From: Octopus sinensis
Lineage: Eukaryota
Reading direction: 5' to 3'
Length of the DNA stretch: 64,000 bases
Assembly: GCF_006345805.1 (NCBI RefSeq)
Contig: NC_043004.1
Coordinates: forward strand, 102,796,001-102,860,000
Each line of letters starts with the position of its first letter. Position 1 is the stretch's first letter. This document shows, in pieces, positions 38,202 to 50,770 of this stretch. Under the pieces are notes generated by a model. That model was not told where the DNA came from. It did not search any database and worked only from the letters and a program-made list of their open reading frames with translations. The translations under genes were made by a program, and so were the position numbers.

Positions 38202-39610
38202 TCAGCATACCTCCACATGTGCCCCTCCACATGTGCCTCTCCACACATGCTGGGTTTGTTTCCTCATAACTTCCATAAAAATGGATGTTTTGCAATAAAA
38301 TTTTCTACAAATACATTTCAGATGGTGTTGATTCTGACCGTATCAGAATTTGTGTTGAAAAAAATTTTCTGAGTGTTGGGTGGAAAGGTTTCAGAAAATT
38401 CACAAGTCAGTTTTATTTCTTCATAACTTTCGGGAAAATGGATATTTCTTTAATGAAATTTTCTACAAATACCTATTTCTTTACTACCCACAAGGGGCTA
38501 AACACAGAGAGGACAAACAAGGACAGACAAACGGATTAAGTCGATTATATCGATCCCAGTGTGTAATTGGTACTTATTTAATCGACTCCGAAAGGATGAA
38601 AGGCAAAGTCAACCTCGGCGGAATTTGAACTGAGAATGTAACGGCAGACGAAATACGGCTACGCATTTCGCCCGGCATGCTAACGTTTTTATTTCTTTAT
38701 TGCCCACAAGGGGCTAAGCATAGAGGGGATAAACAAGGACAGACAAACGGATTAAGTCGATTATATCGATCCCAGTGTGTAATTGGTACTTATTTAATCG
38801 ACTCCGAAAGGATGAAAGGCAAAGTCAACCTCGGCGGAATTTGAACTGAGAATGTAACGGCAGACGAAATACGGCTACGCATTTCGCCCGGCATGCTAAC
38901 GTTTTTTATTTCTTTATTGCCCACAAGGGGCTAAGCATAGAGGGGATAAACAAGGACAGACAAAGGGGTTAAGTCGATTACATCGACCCCAGTGCATAAC
39001 TGGTACTTAATCTATCGACCCCGAAAGGATGATAGGCAAAGCCAACCTTGGCGGAATTTGAACTGAGAACGTAACAGCAGACGAAATACGGCTACGCATT
39101 TCGCCCGGCATGCTAACAATTTTGCCAGCTCACCGCTTTTTTCTACAAATACCTTTCAGAGTGTGTAAGTTATGATTATATCGTCATTTAATTTGAAAAA
39201 GAAAATTGGTGAGCTGACATACTGACACAGATCACAATTTTTATGAAATTTCAAGTTTCAATTTGTAGATATATATATGATGTGTGTCAGTATGTATGTG
39301 TATGACAAGTTCACCAATTTTGAATTTTATATTAAATTCTGTTATAATTGGAATCTACACATCCTGAAAGTTATTTATTGACAATTTCTTTTTAAAAATA
39401 TCAATTTTCTGAAAGTTATGAGGAAACAAAGCCGACTCATATGAATTTTCTGAAACTCCTCTACCCACTCCCGAAAAATGTTTTTTCAAGGCAAATTCTG
39501 ATATAATTGGAAGCATATTTGTTGAAAACTTCATTACAAAATATCCATTTTTCTGGAAGTTATGAGGCAACAAAGTTGATGGAGATGCACATATGTGGAA
39601 GTATGCCGGA
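38202..39610. mobile_element. Non-autonomous fold-back DNA element with ~270-bp diverged TIRs
   Basis: gcatacctccacat...cctcataacttcc...gtttcagaaaattca mirrored at ~39390-39610. Confidence 0.65.
38475..39138 (-). mobile_element. Head-to-tail trimer of SINE family B inside one 16-bp TSD
   Basis: Units repeat every 216-217 bp; TSD ttttctacaaatacct at 38459-38474 and 39139-39154. Confidence 0.9.
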
Positions 39611-40566
39611 TTTTCTTCCAGACTGAAAGATTATTTCGAAATTGATTATACATTGAAGGAAATTGACTGAACCTTGCAGACAACATGTGTTACATGCACA
39701 ACACAGAGTAAATAAGAAGAAACAAAATAAATTAATGCCAAGTCATTGTCTTTGCCTTTCGTCTGTTTGGGGTTGATAAAATAAGTACCTGTTGAACACT
39801 GGGGTTGAGCTAATTGACTTAGCCTCTTCCCTGAAATTGCTGGCCTTGTGCCAAAAAATTGAAACCATTATATATGATGAGCTTCTTTCAATTTCTGTCT
39901 ACCAAAGCCTTGTGAGTGGATGTGGTAGACAGGAATGTGGATCACAAAACAGGAAATACAGGTGATTTGGATGGATCTAAGAGGAGATGATATGAGCTCT
40001 AGCAGTTCTGAGAAGCAGATCTATTGTAGCAGAAGTAGAAAAGGAAGAATGAGGGTCAGCACTTCAGTTAACCAGAAACTGCAGCACTTCAGTTAAGCAG
40101 AGACTTCATGCCAATCACTTTGAGTGGTCTGCTTTGCGATGCAGGTTTGTATGTCTGTATATCTCAGATGTGGGAGCAGTATTCTGTTATTGTAGTCTCC
40201 CTTAAGTTTTGTATAAGGTTAGTAATTATGCTTAAGGATGCAATTTTTGAGTGGAATGATATAATCAATACTATCGACCTCAATACCTGGCTAATAATTC
40301 TTTTTATTGACCCTGGTGGGTATTTAAGGTAAAGTCGACTCTGGCAATATTTGAGCTCACAACACAAAGAGTTGCAAGAAAGACTGCAAGGTATTTTTTC
40401 AAGTGCTCTAATGATTCTTTTGTCAATCCACCCCACTTAAGGCTGCAGACATAATGCAAAAAGAATAAGGTTGACTAAACCAAAATAATATATTCCACAG
40501 TGAATACATTCTAAAGCCACCAAATATTTCATAGCAATATTTGTTATAAATGTTGTCTTTATATTA

Positions 40567-41222
40567 CCGAGACCTTTGGAAATATGCTGTGCTTGAGAAG
40601 ACTTGGCAAGCCAAGTGAGACCATAACCTGTGGCCTATGCCAGGGGTGTAACCAGCCCACTTATGTGTACCTTTCCTTCACTGGACACTAAACTCTGCTC
40701 ACGAAGACCTGTTGAGGCAAGTGAAATCGAAATCGAAATCAAATTCGATGACTGGCATCCATGCAAGTGGAGCGCTAAGAGTACCATCCGAGCATGATTG
40801 TTGCCAGAGCAGCTGACTGGCTTCCGTGCCGGTGGTATGTAAAAAGCACCATTCAAGTGTGATCATTACAAGTGTCGCCTTTCTGGCACTTGTGCCGGTG
40901 GCACATGAAAAAATATTTGAGCGAGGTCGTTGCCAGTGCTGCTGGACTGGTTCCTGTGCAAGTGGCACATAAAAAACACCATTTGAGCATGGCCGTTGCC
41001 AGTACCACCTGACTGGCCCTTGTACTGGTGGCATGTAAAAGCACCCACTACACTCTCGAAGTGGTTGGCATTAAGAAGGGCATCCAGCTGTTGAAACTCT
41101 GTCCGATCAGATTGGAGCCTGGTGCAGCCATCTGGTTCGGCAGTCCTCAGTCAAATCGTCCAGTCCATGCCAGCATGGGAAGCGGACATTAAACGATGAT
41201 GACGATGATGATGACGATGAGG
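40567..41222 (+). mobile_element. RTE LINE 3' end and 3'UTR with (GAT)n tail
   Basis: RDLWKYAVLEKT end of ORF, then the family 3'UTR. Confidence 0.8.
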
Positions 41223-42472
41223 ATGTTCTGAGATCAAATTCTGCCTAGGTTGACTTTGCCTTTCATCCTTTTGGGGCTGATAAAATAAGTACCTCTTGAA
41301 CATTGCGGTTGATGTAATTGACTTAACTAACCCCCACAAACTTGCTGGCCTTGTGCCAGAATTTGAAACCAGTATTTCTTATAAACACTGTTAAAAAAAA
41401 CCTTTCTGCCTATCATGAAATACAGTTAGTTGTATTAGTGTCATATTCAAGACAAGACGGCCATTACTTATATAACACATATAACCTGTTGTTGTTGGTA
41501 TCCATAAGTCTATTCAAGGCAGTTGTAATAAATATGTTAAGGAAATTCCTAGTAGGAACTGATTCATACATGATTATATCATTTATTTTCATAGCACTAG
41601 ATGCATTTTTTTGTGAAGTCAACCTTACCAATTTTGTGTTACAATTGCAGAAACCACTTGCACAAAAAAAAAAAATGTTTTAGATGTAACATTCACTTTA
41701 TCAAATTATGACAGATTTCTTCTTTTGTTATTTTGTTTCCTTGTACAGTTGCTAAGAGACAGCCTTGATATACGAGACAGTTTACATAAGTTGTAATTGA
41801 CCGTTGCAGTATTGCAAGCAAAACAAACTTATTTGCAAGAAATATTTTAATTCTTAGTATTACACAGATGCATGCATTGGTGTACATTAAGAAGCTTGCT
41901 CTGCAACTACATGGTTCCAGGTTCAGTCTTAGTCTGTGGCACTTTTGGACAAGTGTCTTCTAGCCCGAGGCCAATCAATGCCTTGTCAGGGAGTTTGGTA
42001 GACAGAAACTATGATGAAGTCTGGTGTGTGTGCGTGTGTGTGTGTGCATGTGTGTATGTGTGAGTATGTGTGCGTGTGTGTGTTTCTATGTTTATGAGTG
42101 TCTCCACTCCACAACTTGACAACTGGCCCTGATTTGCTTATGTTCCTGAAACTTAGTGGTTTTGAAAAAGGGACACCAATGGAATAAGTACCAGATTTCA
42201 AAAAAAAAAAAAAAAGCACAGGGGTTGATATTTTTCAACTAAACCCTGTAAGTGGTGTGTCTGTATGGCCATGGTCCAATTACTGAAGCATGTAAAAGGT
42301 AGGGATAAACGATAAAAGATTATTCGTGTTTAACTGAATATTGATGATTGTACAGCAGATGTTGGTTAGATATCCAGTTTATGGTTTTCAGTTTTGTGTC
42401 TGATACAAACTTCAGAGATTTTTTTAATTTTTCCTGCTGACAGGTCAAGTACAAATATTTTTGCATTGTTTT

Positions 42473-43090
42473 TGTGGCGTTGGTGGTGTTATGGGCTGTG
42501 ATGGAGCTATGTGGTGTTGGTGGAGGGGATTGCAGATGAGGTGGACGGAAGTAAGGACTGCAGGTGCCTGTGACACAGGCACAGGGCATGCATGGGCAAG
42601 AAGCACATGGGGTCAGTTCGAGCAGAGATGGCAGCGAGACAAGATGTGTTTAATTCGTGAGAGTGACCGCTGATTCCGCTGAGGTCAGCAGGTCAGGCCT
42701 TTTGTATTTCTTTCTCCCGTTTGCTTCTTTTTCTGTTGTCCTTTTCCTGCATCACACTACAAGCTATTTCAGCCCATAACAAAACAAAAAACAAAAAAAA
42801 AACGAATGATGAGTGTTGTCCGTATTTCGAACAATATGATCAAACCATTTTGCGGTGACACGGATGTAGTCGCTTGGTTGAAGAGGAAGTTGGTGGCAAA
42901 GCTCCACGGTATAAGCGACCTAGCGAGTTTTATACCGCTGTACTTGGATGGTTCGGCGTTGGCACTGTACCTAGAAATGGAAGAGAGGGACCAACTTGGC
43001 ATGGAGAAAATAGAAATCCGTTTGATGGAGGCGTTTGCAGAGGGAATGTTCAAGGCATACACTCGCCTGGGGAAAACAAAATGGGGAAAG
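42473..43090 (+). mobile_element. Gypsy-type LTR retrotransposon 5' LTR plus truncated gag
   Basis: LTR TGTGG...CACTACA (ends 42761); ORF MIKPFCGDTDVVAWLKRKLVAKL...LASFIPLYLDGSALALYLEM resembles retrotransposon gag; breaks off at a TA run. Confidence 0.7.
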
Positions 43091-43204
43091 GGAACACTAG
43101 CAATATATATATATATATTTCGTTTTGGGATTTGGTTTGCAAGATTCTTTCTATGAATTGCTTTTTATATATAAAAAGAAAATGACTCTCCCCAGACACA
43201 ACAG

Positions 43205-43232
43205 TATATATCTATCTATATGTATATATATA

Positions 43233-43280
<48 letters not shown>

Positions 43281-43285
43281 CATAT

Positions 43286-43340
<55 letters not shown>

Positions 43341-43473
43341 CATATATACATACATAATATATATATATACATACATACATATACATACATACATATATAT
43401 ACATACATATACATATATATATACATACATATATACATATATGCATATATACATACATACATATATATATATA

Positions 43474-43550
<77 letters not shown>

Positions 43551-43561
43551 ATATATATATA

Positions 43562-43660
<99 letters not shown>

Positions 43661-43733
43661 CATATACATACATATATATATATATATACTACATACATAT
43701 ATACATACATATATACATATATGCATATATACA

Positions 43734-43765
<32 letters not shown>

Positions 43766-43770
43766 CATAC

Positions 43771-43804
<34 letters not shown>

Positions 43805-43812
43805 GTATGTAT

Positions 43813-43898
<86 letters not shown>

Positions 43899-43899
43899 G

Positions 43900-43932
<33 letters not shown>

Positions 43933-44016
43933 TATATAATATTATATATATATACATATATATATACATATATATATATAATATATATATATTATATATA
44001 CATACATATACATATA
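43205..44016. repeat. ~800-bp (TA)n/(TACA)n microsatellite
   Basis: Visible directly. Confidence 0.97.
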
Positions 44017-45276
44017 TCAGGTTGAGTAAAAAGTAAGCAATGTTTTAAATCATGAAGAATTTGTACTGGATTTTTGCAGAATTTAGAATTTTTAAAAAAC
44101 CTTTTTTGGCAGTTCTTATAATACAGACATAAACTTGCCCAAATGTATCAAAAAATTAACATCGATATTTTTTTCACCGTTGTTACAATCATCTGAAATG
44201 GAACTGCCAAGGCGCAATATTTGGACAATTTTGCTATTCAACTTCAAAAACGGATGTGAAGCAGCTGAAACTGCTCGCAAACGAAACATTTGTTGAGGAA
44301 ATGACCAATAAGCAGTCAGCTCAAAAATGGTTTAAACGATTTCACAGTGGAGACCTGAGCCTTGAAGATCATGAGCATAGTGGACGCCCATCTGTCATCA
44401 ATGACAATCAATTAAAGACTGTCACTGAGAAAGATCCACATAAAAAAAACTTGAGAACTGGCAAAAGAGCTTCAAGTTAGCCAGAAAACTGCCAGCAACC
44501 ATTTGCATGCAATTGGAAAATCAGAAAAGCTTGACAAATGGGCACAACACGATTTGAATGAAAATCAGAAAATGCACAGATATGAAATTTGCACATTGTT
44601 TCTTCTCCCTAACCAGACCAATCCATTTCTTGACCATATTGTAACTCGCAATGAAAAGTGGATTCTGTACAATAATAAAAATGTCCTTCGCAGTGGTTGG
44701 ACCAAAATGAAGCCCTGGAAACCTTCCCTAAACTTGAGCTCTCTAAAAAGAAAGTGATGGTGACTGTTTGGTGGTGTACTGCTGGACTCTTGCACTATAA
44801 CTTCTTGAAACCTGGAAAAATCATTTGCCATGAAATTGCCAAAATGAATGAAAAACTGCTACTTTTCTGTCCCACTCTGGTCAACAGAAGAGGGTCAGTC
44901 ATTCTTCATGACAATGCTCAACCACACGTTTCACTAACAACACTCTAGAAGTTGAGGGAACTTGGTTACAAAGTTCTTCCCCACCCAGCTTATTCCCCAG
45001 ACTTTTCTTCTATCACATTTTCAAGCACCTTGATGGTTTCTTGTGAGAGAAGGAGTCAAAAAATCAAACCAAATGCTGAAAGTTGCATTCAAAAAGTTCA
45101 TCAGCTCCAGAACTCCAGATTTTTATGCTACCAAAATAAACAAACTTGTAACTCATTGGCAAAAAATGTGTTGACTATAATGGTACTTACTTTGATGAAT
45201 AAAATTTCTGCATTGTTGAAATATATTGTGACAAATTTCATGATTCAAAATGTTGCTTAATTTTTACTCAGCCTCA
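44017..45276 (+). mobile_element. Full-length but inactivated mariner (DD34D) transposon
   Basis: TA|tcaggttgagtaaaaagtaagcaa ... ttgcttaatttttactcagcctca|TA; WFKRF..GD.SLED..HSGRP, KWAQHDL, IVTRNEKWILYNN, LHDNAQPH, HPAYSPDF; frameshifted. Confidence 0.92.
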
Positions 45277-45588
45277 TAAATATATACACACATATATACA
45301 GTGTGTGTATGTGTGTATCTTGTATTTTTTTTATAAATCTTGTAGTCTGTAGGTTACATGTGCAAATACATTAACTAAGCAAACTGATTTTAGGCTAATT
45401 AGTTTTACAGTTGAACTATTAATCTTTAAATGAAATCTGGCCTTATAAAATTGAAAGGCAACTGGCTGTATGAACATATACTTTCCCTGGGCTATATATA
45501 TTCATTTAGCTATAGTTTAGCATATAAAGTGTAAGTTATAGCTAAAATGTGTAGGCTGAAATTATAGAGAAAATCTACAATATAACTA

Positions 45589-45962
45589 ATAATAATGTTC
45601 GTCCTTCGGGTTCGAAGATGACCATTGACATCATTTGGTGGAATTGCTGCTATGAGACCGGAGGTGGCTGGTGAGGCCAATCCGGGCAAGAAAGCCCCTC
45701 CCACAGGTGGGGCAGAAGTGGGTAGGGGCTGTGCTATTGGTGCAGGTGGCTGTGGCTTTCCACATCTGGCGTTTCTGTTCTGCTGACTGAATCCGTCTCT
45801 CCTCGGCTGTCTTTGCTCCTGTGGTGATTGCGCTGCGCCAGGATGAGCGGTCGGCAGCAAGTGTCTCCCAAGTCTCTGTGCCGATGGATCAACCCCCCTG
45901 CTCAGCTCGGATGGAACCTCACTCCTGACTAACAAGAGGTTGATCCTGGAGAGATGAGAGAT
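45589..45962 (-). mobile_element. RTE LINE 3' end (C2H2 zinc knuckle, (ATT)n tail) with an inverted 5' segment
   Basis: Minus frame ETWETLAADRSSWRSAI...CPTCGRGFLARIGLTSHLRSH; TSD aatataacta at 45579-45588 and 45963-45972. Confidence 0.85.
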
Positions 45963-47119
45963 AATATAACTATAGGTTAAAAGTCTACATGCAAAGTTAG
46001 ACACAAATCTTCTTCCTTCTCTTTCACTTCAAGTCTTTTGATCTCCAGTCATATTCAATATGGTCTGACTCGGAGAAATATACGTTTTCTATTACTCCAT
46101 TTTCCTCCTTTCTCTACCTTTTTCCTTCGGTGTAACTTTCCGAAGAAGAGCTTAAGCTTGAAATACCAAATACACTTTTGTACACCTTTACATTTTGTCT
46201 CATTGAACATCAAACTAATAAATACCTTTGCTATCCCTTTATCTTCTATGCTGTTGTCTTCATCAATATTTTTGCACCTCTAACATGCACACACATACAT
46301 GTATATATATGATATGAATACTCTGTTAAAGATTAAGAGCCATGAGTTGCCCAAGAAAACTCACTCAACCGTTTTCTAAAGCAGAAAGCATGACCAAAAC
46401 AATTATCTGATATGACTGATTGGAACAGTAAAGCCAGAGATCTTTTGCACTGAAGAATCAAATATTTACATCTGTTCAGGCAGAAGGGAAAAAGAAACTG
46501 TTTGAATGTTTCTATCAAAAGGAATTGGGCAAAGGATTCCAGAATTATCTCCCTTGGTTTGATATGAAAAAGTCTGAAAACAAAGTTATGAACGAAAATT
46601 TTATTTCAGTGGGAGATAGTGCATGTATAAGAATTACATATACAAATGGATATATGAGGAAAGATGAAAGGAAGACAGAGCAACAGATTAAGAGAGAGAT
46701 AGTACTGCACAGTAAATATGAAACAATTCTTAGCCAATAGACCCAAATCAAGCACAGAAGCATTTGGCAGTAATTGCAATGGGTATTTAGACTATTAAAA
46801 AAAAATTTATCCGTAATTGTTGTCTGTATTTAAATTGTGCTTATTTGAGCTATTACCCATAGATTTTAGCCTATAATTTTGTTCAATATGTTACAGACAA
46901 AGACTAAATTACAGGCTTAGTATAAATTCAGACAAAATTATAGACTAAATAATAAGATTGTCTAGAGAATATGTATTTTATTACAGATTTAACTTATGAC
47001 TCTGTATATTCAAATTCATTACAATCTACTTTTGCCAATTAATGAGCCCACAAATATTAGCCTATTTTTTTTTTTACCTGTACTTTTACTTTCTGCAAAT
47101 GCTTCTGCAGTGGTCATGG

Positions 47120-47280
47120 GGGCTAATCTTTATAACTGGCTGAAATCTTTTATTCCCAGTTGGAAAGAGGCAATCACAGTACTAGAACAGCATTGTGTGC
47201 CCTATGTAATGATGTCTGGCATCTCACAAGGATCTGTTTTTAGTCTCCTGTTGTTTGTTGCATTATTGATGAAACAGTCG
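47120..47280 (+). mobile_element. CR1/L2-type RT fragment
   Basis: LYNWLKSF...SGISQGSVFSLLLF. Confidence 0.5.
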
Positions 47281-47487
47281 CAGTACATCTGAGCGTTGTA
47301 TACAATAAGCTTCTTATTTTGTTACAATCACAAAAATTGATGAACAACGGCATAAAATGTTTATAGTAAATGGCACTGGGTGAGTATGCTCTCCAGCAGA
47401 CCATGTTTGCAGGTGTTATAAAATCACTTAATATCAGGTATAAATGCACAAACACACACACGAAGTTACTCTCAGATATAACTGCAT

Positions 47488-47876
47488 TAGGGAGGAAGCA
47501 CTCCGTCGGTTACGACGACGAGGGTTCCGGTTGATCCGAATCAACGGAACAGCCTGCTCGTGAAATTAACGTGTAAGTGGCTGAGCACTCCACAGACACG
47601 TGTACCCTTAACGTAGTTCTCGGGGATATTCAGCGTGACACAGAGAGTGACAAGGCCGGCCCTTTGAAATACAGGTACAACAGAAACAGGAAGTAAGAGT
47701 GAGAGAAAGTTGTGGTGAAAGAGTACAGCAGGGATCACCACCATCCCTGCCGGAGTCTCGTGGAGCTTTAGGTGTTTTCGCTCAATAAACACTCACAACG
47801 CCCGGTCTGGGAATCGAAACCGCGATCCTACGACCGCGAGTCCGCTGCCCTAACCACTGGGCCATTGCGCCTCCAC
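47488..47876 (-). mobile_element. Young full-length tRNA-derived SINE (family C) with 11-bp TSD
   Basis: Minus head TGGAGGCGCAATGGCCCAGTGGTTAGG...GTTTCGATTCC (A and B boxes); TSD tataactgcat at 47477-47487 and 47877-47887; CpGs intact. Confidence 0.9.
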
Positions 47877-48433
47877 TATAACTGCATACACACACACACA
47901 CAGAGTTTCTCTCATATATAAAGGCAATGAAAAATACACAGTGTTAAAAATGTCCTCATACCCATAGTAACATTAGTATTTAAAAATTGTAAACATCATG
48001 GAAATGAGTCCACTCCCCATTTTGTTGATGTTTATTTAAAGGAAAATCTAAAGTATATTTGTCTTGAGTTAGTGTAATATCTGAAGAATGATTACTGCTG
48101 TTTGTGGTCACCAGTTTGAAACCTCAATTGGTATGTAATTGTTCTACTTGAAAGGAAGTGAAGGTAGAGTGGGAGGATATGTAGAAGGAAAAAGGAGAAA
48201 AGGAGAGATGTTATGTCCATTTGGTGGAATGTCAGGGAGAAATAATGAATTTGAGGAGAGTCACAGACTCTGGATTATGACAACTCTGTTGTGAGTGTGT
48301 TGTTGTTGATAAGCTCCAACTCAGCCCTCTTACAGCAGACAGATAATCAAAGATGGTCTAACCTTCAATCCCACATCTTTTATCAAAAGGGTGCTTATAA
48401 GACCAGATTATCTGATGTGTCCTTATGTTTTAA

Positions 48434-48653
48434 CCCTTTCATTACCGTATTTATTTTGAGATGTTCTGTGCTTCTTTCAATTACTTTAAATATAACAAAG
48501 AATTTAGTAAAATAATTTAGTTACCATTCAGCTAGTGTTAGGAACATAAATTGGGATTAAGGTTTGGTGGAAGATTTTAATTCAAAACTTATGAAAAAAA
48601 GACACTTGTACTCAGAGCCAGAGCCGGTTTCAGCCGGGTTAGTAACGAAAGGG
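48434..48653. mobile_element. piggyBac-type MITE (second family)
   Basis: TTAA|CCCTTTCATTAC ... GTAACGAAAGGG|TTAA. Confidence 0.8.
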
Positions 48654-49015
48654 TTAAAGACAGTAGTGTATGGTTTCAGAGACATGAAACTATTATTTCT
48701 AGTTGTCCAAGCAATTGTGTAGAGTTTTCTTTATTGATTCATTCATGTTGTTGTTTGAAACAATGAAGGATCCGAACCAGTAGATGCGATCAATGGCATT
48801 CCAGCAGTGACCATCCTATCTTTTACTTTTTTTCAGATATATGCATCTAGGACAACATGTCATTTTTAAGATCGCAGGATGTGATGATTTTAAGGAAATT
48901 TACTTGCACTCCTTGGTTTGTTTATGTGTGTATAAATATTTCTATTTTATCTAGTCTAGAAGGAGCTTGCAGATGTTATAAATTGTCTAAACAGTCCTTG
49001 TGATAAGGGACATTA

Positions 49016-49704
49016 CATGGTGGTAACAAAAAGTTCCAGGACTTATGCTAAATAAAAAATAACTTATTTACCTATGTTTTGACATTATCTCTTTTGAAAT
49101 AGTCACCTTGTGCAACAATACACTGGTCCCAGCATTCCTGCCACTTTTGGAATCCAGCCTGGAAGTTGTTTTCCATAAGTGAGTCAAGGATCATCAGTGA
49201 TTTGCTATGGATCTCAACAATGGTATTAAAACAGTGATCTTTGAGCTGCATTTTCATTTTGGGAAAGAGATGGAAGTCTGCAAGTGCTAAATCTGGTGAA
49301 TAGGATGGGTGGAGAAGCAATACCATGTTGTTTTTGGTGAGGAACTCATAAGTGAGAAGAGCTGGGTAATAATGTGCATTGTTGTCATGAAGAATCCAAC
49401 TCGTTTCACTCCACAGATTTGGTCACTTTCACTGAATGTTCTCTCTCAAATACTTCAAAACAACCCAGTAGAACTTGCAACTGATAGTCTGGCCCTACCG
49501 GGATAAATTCTGGATGCACAATACCACATTTCCAGGGATGTTCTTCTGCTTTTGAGGCACCCATGCTTCTTGGAACAATGTCACTCAGCAGATGGTCTAC
49601 TGCCTCATGAAAGTCGCTACTGGCTCTCTCTGTGCACACAACCATGTGCTGCTATCTTTTGATGAGCTACAGAACTAGTCCAGGAACATTTTGCTACCAC
49701 CTTG
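49016..49704 (-). mobile_element. Internally deleted mariner element
   Basis: TIRs catggtggtaacaaaaagttccaggact / agtccaggaacattttgctaccaccttg; HPSYSPDLALADFHLFPKMK. Confidence 0.85.
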
Positions 49705-50414
49705 AATGTGAAGTAACTATAAAACTCCAAGTCATCTAAATGATTTCTATTATGATCGAAATATCTTTTTTTTTTTATCTGCTCAAGTACAGTGTAATCA
49801 GAATTACATTATCTAAATAGTCCTGTTGTTTTATTTTCCTTTAAGACAGGAGAGAATGATTTGAGTGCAATTTTTGCAGTGACATTTCCTATAGACGTTC
49901 TTCTTTTATCTTGAGTGGTTAATGATCTGCTAAAATAAATGACATGTCCATGTCTTTCCCCCACTTTTACTTGGTTGATGTAACATAACAACCATGGTAA
50001 AATTGTAAAACTAATAAAAAATTTCAGAAAACATTTACTGCAAATATTGTTGTTTAGATCCTGCAGATGCCTGAGTAAAGTCATTCAAACTGTAACCATC
50101 TTGAAATTTTGTATAAAAAAACTACATTGTCCAATGTGTTATATAAGACAATAGAGTGTAATTTGAGGGGGATTAGGCTGGCATTTCTAGCAGATCAAGC
50201 AAATGCATTGTCTCATTCATTAGCCCAGCAGTACCAGGTGTATGGGAGTTAGGCTGCCAACCCATAGTTTAGATGGCATGGCTGGCAGTATCTAGACAAC
50301 AAGGTTTTAAGAGTAGATGCTGTGAAAAGAGAGATGAGACAACTGGACAGAGGAACCTGTGCCATTAAAATAATGATGTGTGACGTTTTGCACATATAGG
50401 TAGCTGGCCACTTT

Positions 50415-50770
50415 TAATAATAAATAATAATAAAACATTGTGTACAGTGCTCAGGTGCACTACAACTCATCTAAAGTGTATGTATAGTACATAGGGTAAT
50501 GTACAAGTGTCAGGAAAAGAACAGTGCATGAGTCATGACATACACATATGTGTATGAGTATGGAAGGGAGACAATCAGGTGTAGTTTCGGCGGATTTCGG
50601 AAAGCATGAGGGCCTTAAAGGATGCAGTGTCATGGCAGTCAACAACTGACGCAGGCAGTTTGTTCCATGCTTCAGCAACTCTGAAAGTCATGGGAGCTGT
50701 GCTATTTTCTGACTTTGTAGGCATGTCCACGTGTGTTGGACACATGGAGATCAAAAAGATGAAGATCATT
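50415..50770 (-). mobile_element. CR1-type LINE 3' end
   Basis: FRVAEAWNKLPASVV...ASFK...EIRRNYT; second copy at 53000-53410. Confidence 0.7.

Noticed and set aside
45510-46004. 164-aa Pro-rich ORF with an apparent splice acceptor, resembling a host exon
   Set aside because: Alternative frame of an RTE LINE 3' end bounded by a TSD
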